From contig WJKO01000587.1 in assembly GCA_014729055.1 (NCBI GenBank), positions 1 through 8,866 of the forward strand: a stretch of 8,866 nucleotides of DNA, read 5' to 3'. Origin of the DNA: Promethearchaeota archaeon (GTDB taxonomy: Archaea > Asgardarchaeota > Lokiarchaeia > Sigyniarchaeales > Promethearchaeaceae). The stretch's first letter is position 1. Each line of letters starts with the position of its first letter. Below are positions 6,154 to 8,866 of the stretch, in pieces. Under the pieces are notes generated by a model, which did not search any database, was not told the origin of the DNA, and worked only from the letters and a program-made list of their open reading frames with translations. Position numbers and translations under genes: made by a program.

Positions 6154-6304
6154 AGCATAATTATGGCGATTTATTCTATTTTAGTTCTTCTTCTTAGAAT
6201 TTATTTTTTTCTTTTGATGAAAAAAATTTCTTTTAAATTCCAAAAAGAAAAGATAAACGCTTTTCTGTTAAATAAAAAATTCAGATGAATAGATAACCAA
6301 AAGT

Positions 6305-6311
6305 AAAAAAA
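6305..6311 (-). terminator. Oligo-T (T7) terminator immediately after the 5S rRNA
   Basis: The - strand reads ...GTGACC TTTTTTT ACTTTTGG. The T7 run begins at the first base after the helix I 3' strand. Further T-runs follow on the - strand (A-runs on + at about 6229-6235 and 6274-6279). Confidence 0.7.
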
Positions 6312-6430
6312 GGTCACATTTTAACGTTTCACGCCGCTTGGTGACGGCACTACTTGCGTTAACCCCATTAGGCTTGATTGCAGTGTTCGGAATGGGTACT
6401 GATATGACCCTAATGGGTATGAACGTGACC
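6312..6430 (-). rRNA. rrf: 5S ribosomal RNA (119 nt), stand-alone gene
   Basis: The reverse complement is GGUCACGUUCAUACCCAUUAGGGUCAUAUCAGUACCCAUUCCGAACACUGCAAUCAAGCCUAAUGGGGUUAACGCAAGUAGUGCCGUCACCAAGCGGCGUGAAACGUUAAAAUGUGACC. It contains the universal loop C box ACCCAUUCCGAAC and folds by hand into the full canonical 5S structure. Helix I pairs 1-9 with 111-119. Helix II pairs 14-22 CCCAUUAGG with 59-67 CCUAAUGGG. Helix III pairs 30-33 with 47-50. Helix V pairs 69-74 UUAACG with 105-110 CGUUAA. Loop E is AGUA/GAA. Helix IV pairs 81-86 with 95-100. The segment is markedly GC-richer than its flanks. Confidence 0.92.
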
Positions 6431-6451
6431 AATTGATAAAATGTTCTAAAT

Positions 6452-6466
6452 AATTTAAATTTTTCG
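6452..6466 (-). promoter_or_regulatory. Archaeal-type BRE + TATA promoter of the 5S rRNA gene
   Basis: The - strand upstream of the 5S 5' G reads CGAAAAA-TTTAAATT-atttagaacattttatcaatt-G. TTTAAATT spans -29..-22 and the purine-rich BRE-like CGAAAAA spans -36..-30 relative to the first base of helix I. This is the canonical geometry for TBP/TFB promoters. Confidence 0.65.
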
Positions 6467-6483
6467 ATTCTACCGTTGCATCA

Positions 6484-6508
6484 TCTATCCAAAAATATAT
6501 CGGATAGA
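6484..6508 (-). terminator. Weak hairpin with a T5-containing loop downstream of the protease gene; possible terminator
   Basis: tctatcc (6484-6490) and ggataga (6502-6508) are perfect inverted repeats (7 bp, 11-nt loop). The - strand loop contains TTTTT. The element lies 28 nt past the TGA stop at 6537-6539. Confidence 0.3.
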
Positions 6509-6536
6509 ATATTTAGCGTATTTTAAGATTGGGCTA

Positions 6537-8849
6537 TCATTCAGGTAGTAATGACAATTCGCGTTCATATTCTTTGGTTAAGTCTTTCTTTTTTAGGAGA
6601 TACGCAATAACTCCTAAAAATAAAATACCATTTGCCCCGATAACTATTCCCGCAATAGCAGGCATTGGAATCCTAAATACATCAACACTCGTCCATATAG
6701 TATGATTGAAATTATTTCCGTAATCCTTGACGAAAACTATGTATTGATACCTGCCTGAGTCCAATTTCGGTAGAATGGTTCTGAATGTGGTTGCTCCACC
6801 ATATGCATCCATTTTATAGTAATTAAAGGATTGAAAACCATCGGTAGAACACACAAGATAACCAGCTTCTACCTCAGCTTCTCCGTCTTCTGCTCCTACT
6901 TGAGCAATAATTGTATCATCAACGCTCGGATGCTCGGGATTGAGACTTAAACTACTGGTAAACACTGGCGGATTTGGATCTTCAATTGTTGAGAAATTAC
7001 CATGGAGTGTTTTCATGTTGTGTGCAGAAACCGTAAAGTTATAATTTTGAGCGCCCTCAGGCAAGATTACTTCAATATTACCGCCATTGTCGCTCTCAAA
7101 GTAATCATAAGCGCCATCCTCGCCCTGTATGCATAATAATGCATCGGCTACTGTATTTGTGTTTTCATCTTGAATAACCAAGTTTATTTTTTCTCCTTCG
7201 TAATAGGGTGTTTCTTGTGAAAAAATGCCCGTAACACCCCCATAAGTTCCATCTTGATCGAATGATTTTGGAAAATTGGTATAAATATCAGTTTCTGGGT
7301 CACCCAACAAGTTATATGTGAGGACATTTTTCCTTTCCCATTCCGTTACGTGAATGCTATATTCGATTTGCTCACCTGTGTCTATATCATACGCACCGTC
7401 CCACGGATTGTCAGTCATCCACCACCAAGAATTTACATAATCTCTCTTCATTTCATAGAGCGCTTTACCTTGTTGATAGTATCCATCTTGAAACATCTTC
7501 ATGAAAAATAAGCGCGACATTCCGCGATTCATCTCACATAATTTTTGGTCTTCATCCCCATATACGCCATCAACACTGTCCCAATCGTCATCACGATGGA
7601 AAAATGTAAGTCGCATACCGCCGACAAATCCTATGGCGCCTCCCCGTGGGTTCTTTATCAAATGTTCTCCTAAACATTCTATACTTTCATCATCGAAAAA
7701 ATTAGTTAAACATGCATCACCGTAGAAAAGGGAAGGCATTTCATAGTTATCCATATTATCAGCATCAGAAGAATACAAAAAATCATATCCTGCCCCCAAT
7801 TTATCAAATTTATCAATTGCCCCGTGACCTGCGTAAAACACAATGCTATTTCCTGCCCGACATTTATCATCATAAAAAGTGTTCCAAGAGAGATTCGTTA
7901 CTCTATGTGGAGGTGCTGGATCATTTGTTTCAATAAGTTTGCGGATTGTCATACTCGATGGAATTGATTCGGAAATAATTTGATCCACCAAATAACCTTC
8001 CTCTTCGCCGTCGGGATCCTCAGATGTAATAGATTTTTGGATTGCACCCGCCAAGGTAATTCTTTTAATCCAATCCCCTGCCGAAGACATATTCTCATAA
8101 TATATGGTTTTATTTACCATAGTAGCTAACTCAGCAGCATCAACTCCAGGGAACCGACCGACGTAAACCTCTGGCGTCCAATCAAGCTCATCTCTACCAT
8201 TAGAATTATATTTCGCACTTTCTCCGTATACACCATCACCATCCTCATCCCAATTTCCCGTCAAGTCTGCATAATAATAATCCGTCGGTTTTAAGCTTTG
8301 AGATCCTCTTGGCTCACTAAAGGTTGTTAGCAATACGGTATCTGGATTATATGAATATCTGATGGGAATGAGGTGTGTATCTCCTGCAATTAACACCCAT
8401 TTGATACCATATGTTAAATAATAGTCTATAATACAATTTCTAATTTTTTCTGGCACGTCATTTCCTTCATAACTCATGAATTCTGTTTGGTTGACAATCT
8501 TTGTCGGTACTCCTTTCTTGGTCTTCCATTCTGCGAGCCGTTCCATTTCTGCTATTTCATCTGTTTGGTCTCTCGTGATGATGATCATTTCATATTTTTC
8601 TTCGTGCCATTCTTCATTACGATTATTTTGGTCAGAATATTCTATTTCCGATTGCATTCCATCATAATCAATCTCATTTTCATTCAAACCAACGGTAAAT
8701 ATAGCACCGTTGGATAAAAATATCCCAATCATACTGAAGATTAAACTAAGGATGATAAACCCATATGAAAAAATCTTTTTTCTTGATTGTTTGCTGGATG
8801 ATGTACGTATCATTTTAATCAAAAGGTTGTTTATTTGTTTTACTATCAT
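6537..8849 (-). CDS. Membrane-anchored gingipain-like cysteine peptidase (MEROPS family C25, clan CD)
   Basis: A 2313-nt ORF with TGA stop at 6537-6539. Family signatures are IIITRDQ...LAEWKTKKG, WVLIAGDTHLIPIRY, TDYYYADLTGNWDEDGDG...EVYVGRFP, the catalytic His block SIVFYAGHGA (His codon 7824-7826) and the catalytic Cys block SLFYGDACLTNFF (Cys codon 7710-7712). By eye these compare to gingipain R 'YTGHG' and 'DVACVNGDF'. The start is ambiguous: ATG at 8847-8849, or Met13 at 8811-8813 (MIRTSSSKQSRKK... gives a cleaner n-region). Only 17 nt of upstream sequence lie in the window. Confidence 0.9.
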   Translation of the reverse strand: MIVKQINNLLIKMIRTSSSKQSRKKIFSYGFIILSLIFSMIGIFLSNGAIFTVGLNENEIDYDGMQSEIEYSDQNNRNEEWHEEKYEMIIITRDQTDEIAEMERLAEWKTKKGVPTKIVNQTEFMSYEGNDVPEKIRNCIIDYYLTYGIKWVLIAGDTHLIPIRYSYNPDTVLLTTFSEPRGSQSLKPTDYYYADLTGNWDEDGDGVYGESAKYNSNGRDELDWTPEVYVGRFPGVDAAELATMVNKTIYYENMSSAGDWIKRITLAGAIQKSITSEDPDGEEEGYLVDQIISESIPSSMTIRKLIETNDPAPPHRVTNLSWNTFYDDKCRAGNSIVFYAGHGAIDKFDKLGAGYDFLYSSDADNMDNYEMPSLFYGDACLTNFFDDESIECLGEHLIKNPRGGAIGFVGGMRLTFFHRDDDWDSVDGVYGDEDQKLCEMNRGMSRLFFMKMFQDGYYQQGKALYEMKRDYVNSWWWMTDNPWDGAYDIDTGEQIEYSIHVTEWERKNVLTYNLLGDPETDIYTNFPKSFDQDGTYGGVTGIFSQETPYYEGEKINLVIQDENTNTVADALLCIQGEDGAYDYFESDNGGNIEVILPEGAQNYNFTVSAHNMKTLHGNFSTIEDPNPPVFTSSLSLNPEHPSVDDTIIAQVGAEDGEAEVEAGYLVCSTDGFQSFNYYKMDAYGGATTFRTILPKLDSGRYQYIVFVKDYGNNFNHTIWTSVDVFRIPMPAIAGIVIGANGILFLGVIAYLLKKKDLTKEYERELSLLPE
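6594..6665 (-). other. C-terminal transmembrane anchor of the protease
   Basis: PAIAGIVIGANGILFLGVIAYLL is followed by KKKDLTKEYERELSLLPE, a short basic/acidic cytoplasmic tail. Confidence 0.7.
6669..6977 (-). other. Membrane-proximal beta-sandwich stalk domain of the protease
   Basis: PPVFTSSLSLNPEHPSVDDTIIAQV...GRYQYIVFVKDYGNNFNHT...VDVFRIP ends with the same Y-x-[YI]-x-[VF]-[FY]-[VA]-x-D-x-x-GN strand motif as the Ig-like repeats of the giant protein. A further beta-sandwich-like region lies at about aa 530-620. Confidence 0.45.
7275..8594 (-). other. Peptidase C25 catalytic region (aa ~86-525)
   Basis: See the motifs listed for the CDS. Hydrophobic beta-strands immediately precede both His342 (SIVFYAGHG) and Cys380 (SLFYGDAC), as in caspase-fold clan CD enzymes. 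Confidence 0.8.
8691..8774 (-). other. N-terminal signal peptide or signal-anchor of the protease
   Basis: A basic stretch SSSKQSRKK is followed by IFSYGFIILSLIFSMIGIFLSNGAIFTVG. The hydrophobic stretch is long (~28 aa) and no obvious AxA cleavage site is present. Confidence 0.6.
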
Positions 8850-8866
8850 TCAACGAGATATATTAC

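Noticed and set aside
6200-6262. A/T-only inverted repeats (for example tttttttc...gaaaaaaa and ctttt...aaaag) in the spacer between the 5S gene and the giant gene
   Set aside because: The stems are short, imperfect and composed almost entirely of A-T pairs in low-complexity DNA. Such pairings are expected by chance and would be thermodynamically negligible. The - strand T-runs here are better read as back-up oligo-T terminators.
6163-6288. Unlisted 41-codon + strand ORF in the 5S/giant-gene spacer (MAIYSILVLLLRIYFFLLMKKISFKFQKEKINAFLLNKKFR). Its hydrophobic N-terminus and basic tail superficially resemble a type I toxin or small membrane protein.
   Set aside because: The hydrophobicity is what any T-rich strand yields (F/L/I codons). 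There is no SD. The nearest TATA-like element is only ~10 nt from the ATG. The ORF contains a T9 run plus other T-runs on its own strand, which would terminate archaeal transcription. A chance open frame of this length is not improbable in ~430 nt of spacer read in six frames. Ribo-seq or conservation could revive it.
6594-6665. Possible archaeosortase (PGF-CTERM-like) sorting signal at the C-terminus of the protease
   Set aside because: There is no PGF/PEF/VPxxxP-type motif before the helix. The helix is followed by an 18-residue mixed-charge tail rather than the short basic stub typical of exosortase/archaeosortase signals. A plain TM anchor is the simpler reading.
7501-8717. + strand ORFs 7501-7725, 7712-7936, 8476-8667 and 8487-8717 inside the protease gene
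   Set aside because: They are nested antisense to a strongly supported C25 peptidase ORF. They overlap each other and have no motifs or translation signals.
1-8866. Search for CRISPR repeats, transposase/integrase genes, terminal inverted repeats, tRNA genes or prophage remnants
   Set aside because: No spaced direct repeats of 24-40 nt were seen. No ORF has DDE/tyrosine-recombinase-like motifs. No cloverleaf-compatible GC-rich ~75-nt island exists; the only GC-rich non-coding island is the 5S rRNA. The only notable repeat is the in-frame coil duplication at 4351-4485.

Overview
This is an AT-rich window (roughly one-third G+C by eye) holding three long protein genes and one rRNA gene. No mobile element, CRISPR array or tRNA is visible. 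The host is most likely an archaeon. The rRNA gene has a textbook BRE/TATA promoter at -36..-22 and an oligo-T terminator. It is also unlinked from any 16S/23S gene, and the exported proteins are saturated with N-x-S/T sequons. A finer taxonomic call cannot be made from the sequence alone.

**Features, left to right:**
- **1-1080 (+):** the 3' part of a gene that starts left of the window. It encodes a Pro/Lys/Glu-rich rod, HEAT-like repeats, a coiled coil and a C-terminal TIR domain with the catalytic-Glu motif intact.
- **1081-1119:** a 39-nt T-rich spacer between convergent genes.
- **1120-6099 (-):** a 1659-aa type-I membrane protein. It has a signal peptide, three tandem NosD/CASH-type right-handed beta-helix modules, three Ig-like stalk domains and one TM helix. 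Its 223-aa cytoplasmic tail ends in a SHOCT-like motif.
- **6312-6430 (-):** a canonical 119-nt 5S rRNA.
- **6537-8849 (-):** a 770-aa membrane-anchored gingipain-like (peptidase C25, clan CD) cysteine protease with an intact His/Cys dyad.

**Most interesting:**
- The HEAT-TIR fusion is a candidate NAD+-cleaving immune or signalling effector, but its N-terminus and partner genes lie off-window.
- The giant receptor-like beta-helix protein carries an uncharacterised cytoplasmic module.
- The giant protein and the protease appear to share a stalk-plus-anchor cassette.

All domain calls are by-eye motif recognition and need HMM or structure confirmation.
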